Of a stretch of 64,000 nucleotides of DNA, positions 1 through 8,972 are shown one piece after another. A program made the translations under genes and the position numbers. Where the stretch lies: positions 71,689-135,688 of the forward strand of contig JBAZXG010000001.1 of assembly GCA_041660005.1 (NCBI GenBank), read 5' to 3'. Within the stretch, counting starts at the first letter, position 1. Each line of letters begins with the position of its first letter. Under the pieces are notes generated by a model, which saw only the letters and a list, made by a program, of their open reading frames with translations, did no database searches and had not been told where the DNA came from. Source of the DNA: Patescibacteria group bacterium (lineage in GTDB: Bacteria; Patescibacteriota; Patescibacteriia; GWA2-46-9).

Positions 1-339
1 ATTTTTTACTTCCGTCGTGTGCCCAACCACACTGTTGTCGCCAACATACACATTCCCGCGTAAATAAGCATGGCTCCGTATGTGACAGTTCTTTCCAATA
101 ATTGCGGGGCCAATAATAACAGCAAACGGGTCAACAACACTCCCCTCCCCAATCGACACCTTGTCGTCAATAACTGCCTGCGGACTCACCGAGCCCTGCA
201 CTGTGCCGAGTTTCTGTTCGCTAAGCCACGGTCCGAGTTTCTGAATTGCCTGCCACGGGTACTGGCACTCTAGGAGCCAGCTCAAATGGTCGTTTCCGGT
301 AAGATCAAAAAATGTACCAACAGCAAAGTTGCGTTCCAT
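1..339 (-). CDS. Hexapeptide-repeat (left-handed beta-helix) transferase, N-terminal part; the CDS runs off the window edge
   Basis: Minus-strand ATG at 339-337. Translation MERNFAVGTFFDLTGNDHLSW...VSIGEGSVVDPFAVIIGPAIIGKNCHIRSHAYLRGNVYVGDNSVVG stays open to position 1 and shows [LIV]-G-x-x-x-x hexapeptide periodicity. Not listed in the ORF track because no stop falls inside the window. Confidence 0.55.
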   Translation of the reverse strand, partial: MERNFAVGTFFDLTGNDHLSWLLECQYPWQAIQKLGPWLSEQKLGTVQGSVSPQAVIDDKVSIGEGSVVDPFAVIIGPAIIGKNCHIRSHAYLRGNVYVGDNSVVGHTTEVKN

Positions 340-343
340 ACTA

Positions 344-1336
344 TTAACTTACAATCTCCCAAATTATTTTTGCAATTTTATTTTCATCGTGTCGAAGAAA
401 GCTGCGCGTTAGCGTATCTCCGTTCGCGCGCTTAAATGACCGGCTGGAAACAAGAGGAGCAGCAATAACGCGCGCGCCAAACTTTCGCAAATTTGCCGCG
501 TCTGTTTGCACAAGCGTAGCTCCCGTTTTTCGGTAACGCACTAAATCAGCAGCACCCGGCTTTTTGGTGTTCACAATGACCGCGTCAACGACAAAAGTTT
601 TTTTGTCTTGAGAGAGGTAACTATTAAACGTCTGCACAAAGTCAGACGCTGAAAAACCGTCGGTCTGTCCAGATTTTGTCATGATGTTGACGATGAAAAC
701 TTTTTTTGCCGACGACTTCAATATGGCCTCCTTGACCCCACGCACGAGAAGACTCGGTAAGGTGCTGCTAAAAAGATCCCCCGGCCCAAACACAATAGCG
801 TCAGCGTGGCGAATGGCATCAAGCGCTCGTGGGTTTGCCGGAGCGCTTGGCGACAGCGAAAGGCCGACAATTGGCGAGCGATGCTTGGCTGTTGGTTCGT
901 CTATTCTGTGTTCACCAACAATTGTGTTGCCATTTTTCAAACGAGCAGAAAGCTTCGTTGGGAAAAGCGTTACTGGCAGCACTTCGCCGCGCACATTCAA
1001 CAACTTTGCCGAAGCCGCAATGGCCGACTCTACGTTACCCGTAATTTTTTCCAGCGCCGCCAATAAAATGTTGCCGACGGTGTGACCCGAAAGTGAACCC
1101 TTATCAAAACGATAGTTGAATAACTTTTTCAGGGCTTCGTCAGTATAGGAAAGCCCAACTAAACACTGTCGAATATCCCCTGCCGGCATCACGCTTAGCT
1201 CAGTGCGCAATCGCCCTGTCGACCCGCCGTCGTCCGCCGACGAAATAATGACCGTGTTATTAACCGGAAACTTTCTGAGGCCAGAGAGCAACGTAAATGT
1301 TCCCGTGCCGCCGCCGATGATAACAATGTTCTTCAT
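344..1336 (-). CDS. YvcK/CofD-like gluconeogenesis factor (UPF0052)
   Basis: N-terminal IVIIGGGTG, then ADDGGSTGRLR...PAGDIRQCL, motifs typical of the YvcK/CofD family. Confidence 0.75.
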   Translation of the reverse strand: MKNIVIIGGGTGTFTLLSGLRKFPVNNTVIISSADDGGSTGRLRTELSVMPAGDIRQCLVGLSYTDEALKKLFNYRFDKGSLSGHTVGNILLAALEKITGNVESAIAASAKLLNVRGEVLPVTLFPTKLSARLKNGNTIVGEHRIDEPTAKHRSPIVGLSLSPSAPANPRALDAIRHADAIVFGPGDLFSSTLPSLLVRGVKEAILKSSAKKVFIVNIMTKSGQTDGFSASDFVQTFNSYLSQDKKTFVVDAVIVNTKKPGAADLVRYRKTGATLVQTDAANLRKFGARVIAAPLVSSRSFKRANGDTLTRSFLRHDENKIAKIIWEIVS

Positions 1337-1338
1337 AA

Positions 1339-2535
1339 TTATTGAATGACGTTCATCTCGCGACCAACGGCCGAGAATGCTGCAATAGCTTTATCAAGTT
1401 GCTCGGTTGTATGTGCCGCCGATATTTGCACCCGAATTCTCGCCTTACCCTTCGGTACTACGGGGTAAGTAAACCCTCGCACATAAATCCCATGAGCTAG
1501 TAACTTTTCAGCCATTGTAGCGGCGGTTGCTTCGTCGAAAAGCATCACCGGCGTAATGGGGTGCGTGCCGTCCCCGCCGAGCTTAAAACCAGCCGCGTCC
1601 ATGCGCGTGCGGAAGTACGTTGTGTTTTCTAAGAGCGACCCACGAATATCTTTAAGTTCATTGTCAAAGTGCTCAAACACATACTTAGCAGCGTAGGCAA
1701 CTGCAGGCATGAGGGAATTCGAAAACAAATTTGGCCGCGATCGTTGGCGCAGCACATCAATAATTTTTTTGTGGCCCGTTGTAAAACCGCCACAAGCGCC
1801 GCCCATGGCTTTACCAAAAGTTGAGGTAATGAGATCAACGCGACCAAGCACACCTTCTTTTTCCACGCTCCCTCGCCCACGCTCACCAAGAACACCGGTC
1901 GCGTGCGATTCATCCACCATGACGAGTGCCCCGTAGCGTTCTGCCAGGTCGCAAATGGCAGCTAACTTTGCCGAGACACCATCCATAGAGAAAACGCCGT
2001 CGGTGGCAATGAGTATTCTACGACGTTTACCAGCCGCCTTTAACTGCTCTTCCAAATCCTGCATGTCAGAACTTTTGAAACGAAAACGCTCGGCCTTGCA
2101 CAGCCGAATGCCGTCAATGATGCTGGCGTGATTTAATTCGTCAGAAATAACCGCGTCGTTCTCTTGCAAAATAGTTTCGAAGAGTCCGGTATTGGCGTCG
2201 AAGCATGACGAATAAAGAATCGTGTCCTCAGTGCCAAAAAATTTCGACACCGCAGCTTCGAGTTCTTTATGAACCGTGCTTGTGCCGCAAATAAAGCGAA
2301 CCGAACCCATACCAAAACCCCACTCGTCAATACCTTCTTTAGCCACCCGCTCCATGAGTTCACTACCCGCAAGGCCGAGATAATTATTACCGCAAAAATT
2401 AAGGAGCGTTTTTCCTTCAACTACAATTTCTACCCCTTGCTTACCCTCAATAGTTTTTTCGGCCTTGGTGAGCCCGGAAGACTCAATCGTAGCAAGTTCC
2501 TCAGCGAACAATTCTTGTGTTGGATACGTAGGCAT
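1339..2535 (-). CDS. kbl: 2-amino-3-ketobutyrate CoA ligase (glycine C-acetyltransferase), PLP-dependent
   Basis: NNYLGL...GFGMGSVRFICGT and SMDG motifs of the alpha-oxoamine synthase family. The gene sits immediately downstream of tdh in an operon arrangement. Confidence 0.8.
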   Translation of the reverse strand: MPTYPTQELFAEELATIESSGLTKAEKTIEGKQGVEIVVEGKTLLNFCGNNYLGLAGSELMERVAKEGIDEWGFGMGSVRFICGTSTVHKELEAAVSKFFGTEDTILYSSCFDANTGLFETILQENDAVISDELNHASIIDGIRLCKAERFRFKSSDMQDLEEQLKAAGKRRRILIATDGVFSMDGVSAKLAAICDLAERYGALVMVDESHATGVLGERGRGSVEKEGVLGRVDLITSTFGKAMGGACGGFTTGHKKIIDVLRQRSRPNLFSNSLMPAVAYAAKYVFEHFDNELKDIRGSLLENTTYFRTRMDAAGFKLGGDGTHPITPVMLFDEATAATMAEKLLAHGIYVRGFTYPVVPKGKARIRVQISAAHTTEQLDKAIAAFSAVGREMNVIQ

Positions 2536-2539
2536 AAAA

Positions 2540-3697
2540 TTAAAACTGTAAAAGTAGCTTAGGGTGTTTCTTCATTTTTTCCTCGAACATCGCCGGCGTA
2601 TACGTGTCGATGGGTACAATAGTATCAACACCTTTATTCAGAATAATATTATACATCTTTTCTTGTACGCCGTTTTGAACGTTCTCCAATAACGCCCGCG
2701 TAGTCTCCCACGTTTGCCAAACTTGCCGGCCAATGACTGCATGAAAGGTAAATCCGTGCACAATCAATCGATTATAATCTTCGAACACAAAGTCGCCGGT
2801 TTTGATACCGAAGAGAACAATTTCTCCCCCGCGCCGAGTAGCATAGAGACAATTGTTAACCGACGAATTGAACCCAGCCATTTCAAAAGAAACATCAACG
2901 CCGATACCGTTCGTTATTTTTTTTACTTCGTCGGTTACGATGTCCACGTGCGCCGGAGACGTGACGTTACCGGTGTTTGGCAAAGGAATGACGTAATCAA
3001 TACCAAGACGACCAGCCATGTCGCGTGCAATGGGATTTGGATCAATACCAATGATACTCTTAGCGCCAAGACCGCGAATAACCAGGGTGAGAAACTGACC
3101 TATTGGCCCAAGCCCAAAAATGGCAACGGTTTTTCCTTTCACATCCACTTTGCTCGCCGCGTGCACCGCATTACCAAACGGTTCTTGCATAGCGGCAACT
3201 TCCGGACGAATACGACTGGTGTCCGTTTTCCAAATAATGTGCCCTGGTACTTTAAGGTACTCTGCGTAACAGCCGTCGCGAGAAATACCAAGAATCGTTT
3301 CGTTGGTGCACACATGTTTTTCCCCGTTCTTGCATTGATAACACTCGTTACAGACCACATGCGATTCGCAAGCAACAAAATCACCAACTTTGAGATTATA
3401 GGTTTTGCCCGCGCGCGACCCCAGCGCCACCACTTCCCCAAACATTTCATGCCCAATAATGCGCTGTGTTTTTTTATCACGTTCTAAAGTATTCAATATC
3501 TGATCGCGGAACGCTTGGCGGTTCCAAATACCGCGGTCAGTACCGCAAAGGCCGGCGTAGTGCACTTTGAGAATTGCCGAGAGTGAATCAACCGCACTGC
3601 TACCCTCATCAAGCACTGGCATTGGGACGTCCACTTTTGTGAACCCGCGAGATTTCTCCCAGGTGTTTGCTTGGCGATCAAAAACAAGAGCTTTCAT
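2540..3697 (-). CDS. tdh: L-threonine 3-dehydrogenase (zinc-dependent alcohol dehydrogenase family)
   Basis: GHEMFGEVVALG zinc-ADH motif, a CxxCxxC structural zinc site, and a GLGPIG Rossmann motif. Adjacent to kbl. Confidence 0.8.
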   Translation of the reverse strand: MKALVFDRQANTWEKSRGFTKVDVPMPVLDEGSSAVDSLSAILKVHYAGLCGTDRGIWNRQAFRDQILNTLERDKKTQRIIGHEMFGEVVALGSRAGKTYNLKVGDFVACESHVVCNECYQCKNGEKHVCTNETILGISRDGCYAEYLKVPGHIIWKTDTSRIRPEVAAMQEPFGNAVHAASKVDVKGKTVAIFGLGPIGQFLTLVIRGLGAKSIIGIDPNPIARDMAGRLGIDYVIPLPNTGNVTSPAHVDIVTDEVKKITNGIGVDVSFEMAGFNSSVNNCLYATRRGGEIVLFGIKTGDFVFEDYNRLIVHGFTFHAVIGRQVWQTWETTRALLENVQNGVQEKMYNIILNKGVDTIVPIDTYTPAMFEEKMKKHPKLLLQF

Positions 3698-3702
3698 ATT
3701 GA

Positions 3703-5556
3703 TTATTCAACGGTTACGCTTTTTGCTAAGTTCCGCGGCTTATCGACATCACAGCCCCGCCCAACTGCAAACTCATAGGCAAAAAGTTGCAGTGGCACGC
3801 TCATGAGTATTGGCGTCAGCATCTCGAGCGTCTTAGGAATGGTAATAATGTCGGAGGTCAGCTTCAAAATACGATCGTCTCCCTCTGTCACAACGGCGAT
3901 GACTGGTCCGCCGCGAGCGCGCAATTCTTGCAGGTTGCTTAAACTCTTTTCGTACACGCTATCTTGCGGTGCCAGAAAGATGCTGGCAAAGTGTTCGTCG
4001 ATCATGGCGAGCGGCCCATGCTTTAATTCACCCGCAGGAAACCCTTCGGCATGCACATAGGTTATCTCTTTAAACTTCAGCGCTCCCTCAAGCGCACTTG
4101 GATAATTATACTTGCGTCCCAAGTAAAGAAAATTCGTAAAATTTTGGTACTTCTTGGCAAGCGACGCAATGTGACTACGCTCCGACAAAATATGCTCCAC
4201 CTTTTTCGGCAGTTCTTGCAATTCTTGAATAATGCGCTCGCCCATAACGAGCGAGAGTTGTCGTTGGCGGCCGAGCATGAGTGCGATGAGCGTCAGCACC
4301 GTCGTCATGCCCACATACGCTTTCGTACTGGCGACACCGATTTCCGGCCCAACATGAAGATACACGCCCGCATCAGTCATGCGCGCAATAGTTGAACCAA
4401 CAACATTGACAACACCCAGCGTCAAACATCCTTTTTGTTTCGCTTCTTGAATGCCAGCAATGGTGTCCGCCGTTTCACCAGACTGCGACATGGCAATCAC
4501 CACCGTGTGCTTGTCGAGTACTGGCTTTCTATAACGAAACTCAGAAGCTACAACGGCTTCGACCGGAATAGATGCGTACTCTTCAATCTGATATTTGCCG
4601 ACGAGCGCCGCATGGTACGACGTACCACAACCAATAATGACAATACGCCGCGCATGAGCCAATTGATCCGCCACGAGTTCAAGACCACCGAGCTTCGCAA
4701 GGCCGCGATCTAAGATGGTGCGCCCGCGCGTCGCAGACAAAATAGCTGCGGGCTGCTCAAAAATTTCTTTCAGCATAAAATGCGGATAGCCACCGCGCTC
4801 AACTTCAGCCGACGTCCATTCAATCGTTTGCCCAGGTCGCTCTACTTTGTCTCGACTCTGTATGGTCGTAATCGCAACGCCCGAGCCGTCCACGGTTGCC
4901 ATTTCACCGTCTTCTAAATACACCACGTTATTCGTGTGCTCCATGATGGGTGAAAGGTCAGAAGCGATGATGTATTCGCCGTCAGCGACACCGATAACGA
5001 CCGGGCTGCCATTACGCGCAACCACGATTGAATTCGGAGTTTCTTGGTCGAGCACTAAAAGCCCGTAGGTGCCTCGCACGCGCTGTAACGTCGCCCGAAC
5101 CGCTTCCTCAAGATTCGGATGCGTTAGTAAAGCGTCCTCAATGAGGTGCGCTAAAACTTCGGTATCTGTATCAGAAAGAAAGGTGTGGTTCTTTTCCTGA
5201 AGCTCGGCTTTCAGCTCAGCAAAATTTTCGATAATGCCATTGTGCACAACATAGAGCGCCCGCTTGCAGCCGACATGCGGATGCGCGTTTATCGTTGTTG
5301 GAGCGCCGTGCGTTGCCCAACGCGTGTGGCCAATACCAGACTGCAGTGATGTTTTGTGCTGGTCGTGCAACAGGTGCTCACCCAGTTGGTCGACCATGAC
5401 ATCAAGTTTACCCGCTGCTTTTATGGAAACAACATTCGATCCATCAAACCAAGCAATGCCGCTCGAGTCATAGCCGCGATACTCAAGGCGTCGCAACCCT
5501 CGAACTAATGTTGGTACAACTGATTTTTTCCCTACGTAACCAATAATGCCGCACAT
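3703..5556 (-). CDS. glmS: Glutamine--fructose-6-phosphate aminotransferase
   Basis: MCGIIGYVG N-terminal nucleophile cysteine, two SIS domains, about 617 aa. Confidence 0.92.
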   Translation of the reverse strand: MCGIIGYVGKKSVVPTLVRGLRRLEYRGYDSSGIAWFDGSNVVSIKAAGKLDVMVDQLGEHLLHDQHKTSLQSGIGHTRWATHGAPTTINAHPHVGCKRALYVVHNGIIENFAELKAELQEKNHTFLSDTDTEVLAHLIEDALLTHPNLEEAVRATLQRVRGTYGLLVLDQETPNSIVVARNGSPVVIGVADGEYIIASDLSPIMEHTNNVVYLEDGEMATVDGSGVAITTIQSRDKVERPGQTIEWTSAEVERGGYPHFMLKEIFEQPAAILSATRGRTILDRGLAKLGGLELVADQLAHARRIVIIGCGTSYHAALVGKYQIEEYASIPVEAVVASEFRYRKPVLDKHTVVIAMSQSGETADTIAGIQEAKQKGCLTLGVVNVVGSTIARMTDAGVYLHVGPEIGVASTKAYVGMTTVLTLIALMLGRQRQLSLVMGERIIQELQELPKKVEHILSERSHIASLAKKYQNFTNFLYLGRKYNYPSALEGALKFKEITYVHAEGFPAGELKHGPLAMIDEHFASIFLAPQDSVYEKSLSNLQELRARGGPVIAVVTEGDDRILKLTSDIITIPKTLEMLTPILMSVPLQLFAYEFAVGRGCDVDKPRNLAKSVTVE

Positions 5557-5568
5557 ATATCTATAAAA

Positions 5569-6306
5569 TTATAATCGTTCAAACAGTTTAGCAAAAATGA
5601 GCTGCTCGGTCTCCGCGAGGTTACGGTCGTTAATGACAACCGCGCGCGGCGTGCCGTCAATGGCAACCGTAACCATAGCAATCTTCCCTGGGTATATGAG
5701 TGTATAGGTCGGCGCAGACTCTTTGGTCGTCAACCACTTGCGTTCATCAAGACCTTTCACTTCACCCCCGGCGCCAAGCGCAATAACACGAACGCTGACG
5801 CCAGCATTGATGCGGTCGGCGGTATAATTTGGGTAGACGCGAAGAATCACCGGACGAATCGTCGCCGATGAGTAAACCGCGTACCGCTTTTCACTGCTCC
5901 GTGCAGTCGTTTCAATGACATCTTTAAGAACACTTCTAATGCCTGCCACTCCTTCAAAATATGTCGTCACCGGTTTCTCGGTGGCGTTGTCGTGGAGTGA
6001 TTTAAGCTCCGGAACAATTTGTTTCAGTTCTGACTCCGTCGCTGCAAGCAACTCACGTCGGCGTGCCAAAAGATCGCCCAGCTTTTCAGGATTCTCAGCA
6101 ATGAAGTACTGGCGTTTTTCTTTATGGTAATAGGAAACAAGGCCCTCTTTGATCAGTTCTTTTAAAACGTCGTAGGTGGTTCCGCGGTTTGTTCCTGCTT
6201 CTGCGGCAATTGAACGCACTGGCGACGGACCGAGCTTTAAAGAAGCCAAATATACCTGAACACCCTTTTGGCTGAGTCCCAGTGATTCTAGTGCTTTTTC
6301 AATCAT
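5569..6306 (-). CDS. TrmB-family HTH transcriptional regulator
   Basis: N-terminal LGLSQKGVQVYLASLKLGPSPVRSIAAEAG...TTYDVLKELIKEGLV winged-HTH of TrmB type. Confidence 0.6.
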   Translation of the reverse strand: MIEKALESLGLSQKGVQVYLASLKLGPSPVRSIAAEAGTNRGTTYDVLKELIKEGLVSYYHKEKRQYFIAENPEKLGDLLARRRELLAATESELKQIVPELKSLHDNATEKPVTTYFEGVAGIRSVLKDVIETTARSSEKRYAVYSSATIRPVILRVYPNYTADRINAGVSVRVIALGAGGEVKGLDERKWLTTKESAPTYTLIYPGKIAMVTVAIDGTPRAVVINDRNLAETEQLIFAKLFERL

Positions 6307-6602
6307 AGAAGGTGTGGATTACTGTGATATTAGGGTATACCTTCAGTGAAATTTGTCAATAATTTATCTACAAGATTATAGAAATAAACAAAAAAGCCCA
6401 TTATTCATGGACTTTTTTGTCATTATTTTTTCTACACTAAGAGCCCAGCTCAAGAAATAGCTTTAACAACAGGGCGAATGACGTTCGCGCCGAAACGGCT
6501 GAAGAATGACGAAGCAAGTGGCTATTTCAACCGCAGGGTTAGGGTTTGAGGTTTAAAAGGTGTTTGTATAACGTGTCAATTCAGTTTTTTACTAAATGAA
6601 AA

Positions 6603-6671
6603 GCCCCGCGCGAATTGTGTTGTCGGTTGAGATGCGCAAGGGCTTCTCATTCGCACAATTGTGCGCGGGGC
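6603..6671 (-). terminator. Long perfect inverted repeat (17-bp arms) downstream of the high-GC ORF, terminator-like
   Basis: GCCCCGCGCGAATTGTG ... CACAATTGTGCGCGGGGC, followed on the minus strand by a T-rich run. Confidence 0.55.
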
Positions 6672-6677
6672 CGGGGG

Positions 6678-7132
6678 CTAGGCAGCGACTTCTGTCCTGG
6701 CCTGGCCGCGTCTCCCAGGCCGACGAGTAGTCGGCTGCATCTGATCTTGCCACCGCTCAATGACCGGACCCAAGCGCTTCCAGCTCATCACGCGGAAACC
6801 AGTCAAGCCGTAAGACGCTTTGATGGCCCTCATCTTGTCGGCATCCCAGGTAGCGACCTCGTCGTAGGTGAAGTGCTTGCCACGTCGTCGCTTGATGACG
6901 CAGTAGGACAACACCAGCCGTGGACGCTCGTACGGCGGTTCGTAGAGTTCTGCTGTGTCCTGCAGACCTACGAACACCATGAGACCGTTGTCGAAAAATA
7001 CCCGACGGTCGCTAGAACCAGATTCTTCGTCTGGGACATCGACACCCTGTTCTTGGCAGAACTGCCGTACAACCGCAGTTGCGATCGTGGTGGTCAGTTC
7101 TTGTATCCTTTCTCTTAATCTCCGGGTCATGC
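6678..7132 (-). CDS. Hypothetical protein in a high-GC cassette
   Basis: About 60% GC against a roughly 45% GC background. AGGAGGG RBS 8 nt upstream of ATG at 7132. The tracked ORF 6678..7289 probably over-extends at its N-terminus. Confidence 0.5.
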
Positions 7133-7357
7133 TAATCCCTCCTTGCTGATCGAAACTCGTTGTCTCGCAGCTGAATAAACTACATTTTTTTTTAAAAAAA
7201 GTCAATACTACCGTACGGGTAAAACTGCCTAATGGCAGCATATAGCCTTTCATGTCGAAGCATGACGAAAAGTTCGAAAATCGTTGCAAGCCGAATCGGC
7301 GTCGTTACTGCCCAAAGACTATTGCCGAGGATAGTGAGTGAAGTGCAAATGGCAATT

Positions 7358-7388
7358 TGCATTTCCGAGCGACGTTAGAATCAAAGGG
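7358..7388 (+). repeat. 30-bp conserved motif TGCATTTCCGAGCGACGTTAGAATCAA(A)GGG, copy 1 of 2
   Basis: Near-identical copy at 57928-57957. Contains a TAGAAT -10-like hexamer. Confidence 0.5.
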
Positions 7389-7410
7389 TGTAGTATCATT
7401 TTTATGATTT

Positions 7411-7446
7411 TTACATATTTTTGCGCGTACGCGCAAAAATATGTAA
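7411..7446. promoter_or_regulatory. 36-bp perfect palindrome TTACATATTTTTGCGCGTACGCGCAAAAATATGTAA
   Basis: Read directly from the sequence. Lies in the 400-bp intergenic region upstream of the DHH phosphoesterase gene. Confidence 0.6.
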
Positions 7447-7556
7447 TTTGATACTTGCGTAGCTCTGCCGCGCTCCCTTTCTCAATCCGCCCACTGGCGG
7501 ATTGAGGGTTCATAGCTTTGCCCTGGGGTTAATGCCATTTGTTTTTAAGATGGCAT

Positions 7557-8693
7557 CTAACTGTATCGTATTGATTTAACAACTTCTATCAAATCCTTTT
7601 CCGCCTCGTGAATGTCGGACTTCGGGATAACAAACCGAGCGACCGTCTTTGAACCAATCCCCTGCCACCGCTTAGTTAAATCGAGCGCATTATAGTTTGG
7701 GTCAGTTTTAAGCCAGCCGCCGACCGTTCCGTCCTCCTTTTCAAAGAGAAGGGCAATCGTTCGTGCCTGCGGTGTTGTGGCGATAAGTTCGTCAATAATG
7801 CCGACTAAATCTTTTTCAGTTGTTTCGGACTTTACAAAATCTTCTTTGGTCACGAGCGACCACACGAAACGTTGCCCGTCGCTATGTTGCAAACGCGCCA
7901 AAACGCGTCCCCACAAGCGAAGCGTTGTTACATCATGCTGCCGATACAGGTTGTGAATAATTTCATCACGCCGCGCCCCACGCTGCACGAGCTCTGCGGC
8001 AATCATAAGCGAACGCGGCGTCACATTGGGCGCCTTAAAGCTCTCGGTCTTTGCAATCATGCCGGCTAAGAGTGTCGTCGCAACGTCCTCGTCCAAGTGC
8101 TCATCACCCAACGTCTGCAGCAAACGGTAGAGCATTTCTGTCGTTGAAACGGCGGTAATATCAACAAAATTTATCTGTCCGTACTGCTCATTACCTGGGT
8201 TGTGGTCGATATTAATAATGGGCGTTTCATAAAAAAAATCAGGGTGTTCTGTATAGAGCATCCCTAACGAATCGAGATCTGGCGTATCAACAACCATAAT
8301 GAGGTCGTGGCTAGGCTTGCCAATTTCTGCTTTGACATCTGCCGGGTCGAGTTTACCAGAAGCCGGCGCCACATAAATTTTCAGCATATCTCCGTCGACC
8401 TCGTAGCGAAAATCTCGAAGTTTCCCGTCTTTAGGTGAAATCTTAATAACCAAATTTTTCAAACTTTTTCCGTCGCAAACGACTTCTTTTGAATGCGGCA
8501 AAAAACGGCACCGATCCAGAAGGTCTGGTCGTCCGCTTACAATAATCTCAGCGGGAACGCCGAGCTTTTTGAACATAAGATAAAGCGAAAGGCACGACGC
8601 CAAGGTGTCGACATGCATATCATGACGGCACGTGATGAGCACGCGCTTTGCCTCCTTCATGCGCTGGATAATTTGTTGGTCAGTAGAAAGCAT
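7557..8693 (-). CDS. DHH-family phosphoesterase (NrnA-like oligoribonuclease/pAp phosphatase)
   Basis: NIDHNPGN DHH motif and a DHHA1-like C-terminal region. Confidence 0.65.
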   Translation of the reverse strand: MLSTDQQIIQRMKEAKRVLITCRHDMHVDTLASCLSLYLMFKKLGVPAEIIVSGRPDLLDRCRFLPHSKEVVCDGKSLKNLVIKISPKDGKLRDFRYEVDGDMLKIYVAPASGKLDPADVKAEIGKPSHDLIMVVDTPDLDSLGMLYTEHPDFFYETPIINIDHNPGNEQYGQINFVDITAVSTTEMLYRLLQTLGDEHLDEDVATTLLAGMIAKTESFKAPNVTPRSLMIAAELVQRGARRDEIIHNLYRQHDVTTLRLWGRVLARLQHSDGQRFVWSLVTKEDFVKSETTEKDLVGIIDELIATTPQARTIALLFEKEDGTVGGWLKTDPNYNALDLTKRWQGIGSKTVARFVIPKSDIHEAEKDLIEVVKSIRYS

Positions 8694-8792
8694 AGAAAAA
8701 TCGAATACCCCCGAAAAGGGAGCTGAGTACCCTACAATTTTTATGGGCGTGTGTCAAGCGATTTCTGTAACTTATGCCTTTGAACCGTTTTT

Positions 8793-8930
8793 TAACAGTA
8801 AATCGGTAATCCCACTTCGCTAATCTTTTTCGCCTAAACTATGACGGGTCAAGAAGCTACCCGGGATATTTTTGCCTCAGTAATGGTAACCTCGCGGCAA
8901 GCCGACGAGGTATTGGCAAAAATAACCTTG
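8793..8930 (+). repeat. Sequence upstream of valS that recurs in expanded form at 48205-48430
   Basis: CCCACTTCGCTAA...GACGGGTCAAGAAGCTAC...GGTAACCTCGCGGCAAGCCGACGAGGTATTGG. The 32-nt core is identical in both copies and can form a 6-bp stem with an 11-nt loop. Confidence 0.6.
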
Positions 8931-8972
8931 TACTCATGCAGTAATAATGCGATAATTTCGGCCATAAACGCT

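Noticed and set aside
70-273. Plus-strand 67-aa ORF at the window start
   Set aside because: It overlaps the antisense of a convincing minus-strand hexapeptide-repeat CDS (1..339) with clear LbH periodicity, so it is a shadow ORF.
2714-3487. Plus-strand 257-aa ORF inside tdh, and similar antisense ORFs such as 8991..9845, 36353..36766 and 53220..53618
   Set aside because: They lie antisense within strongly supported conserved genes and have no RBS or family resemblance.
6678-7289. Full-length 203-aa ORF
   Set aside because: There is an AGGAGGG RBS and ATG at 7132. The upstream part crosses the GC boundary, so the N-terminal 52 aa are probably not translated.
8870-8930. T-box riboswitch leader for valS
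   Set aside because: GGTAACCTCGCGG superficially resembles the T-box core AGGGTGGNACCGCGG but does not match it. I could not identify a specifier-loop or antiterminator architecture by eye.
8841-8972. N-terminal extension of the valS ORF
   Set aside because: The extension covers the conserved noncoding repeat also found at 48205-48430. ValS homology begins at MTEKEALPKSYEAK (8973).
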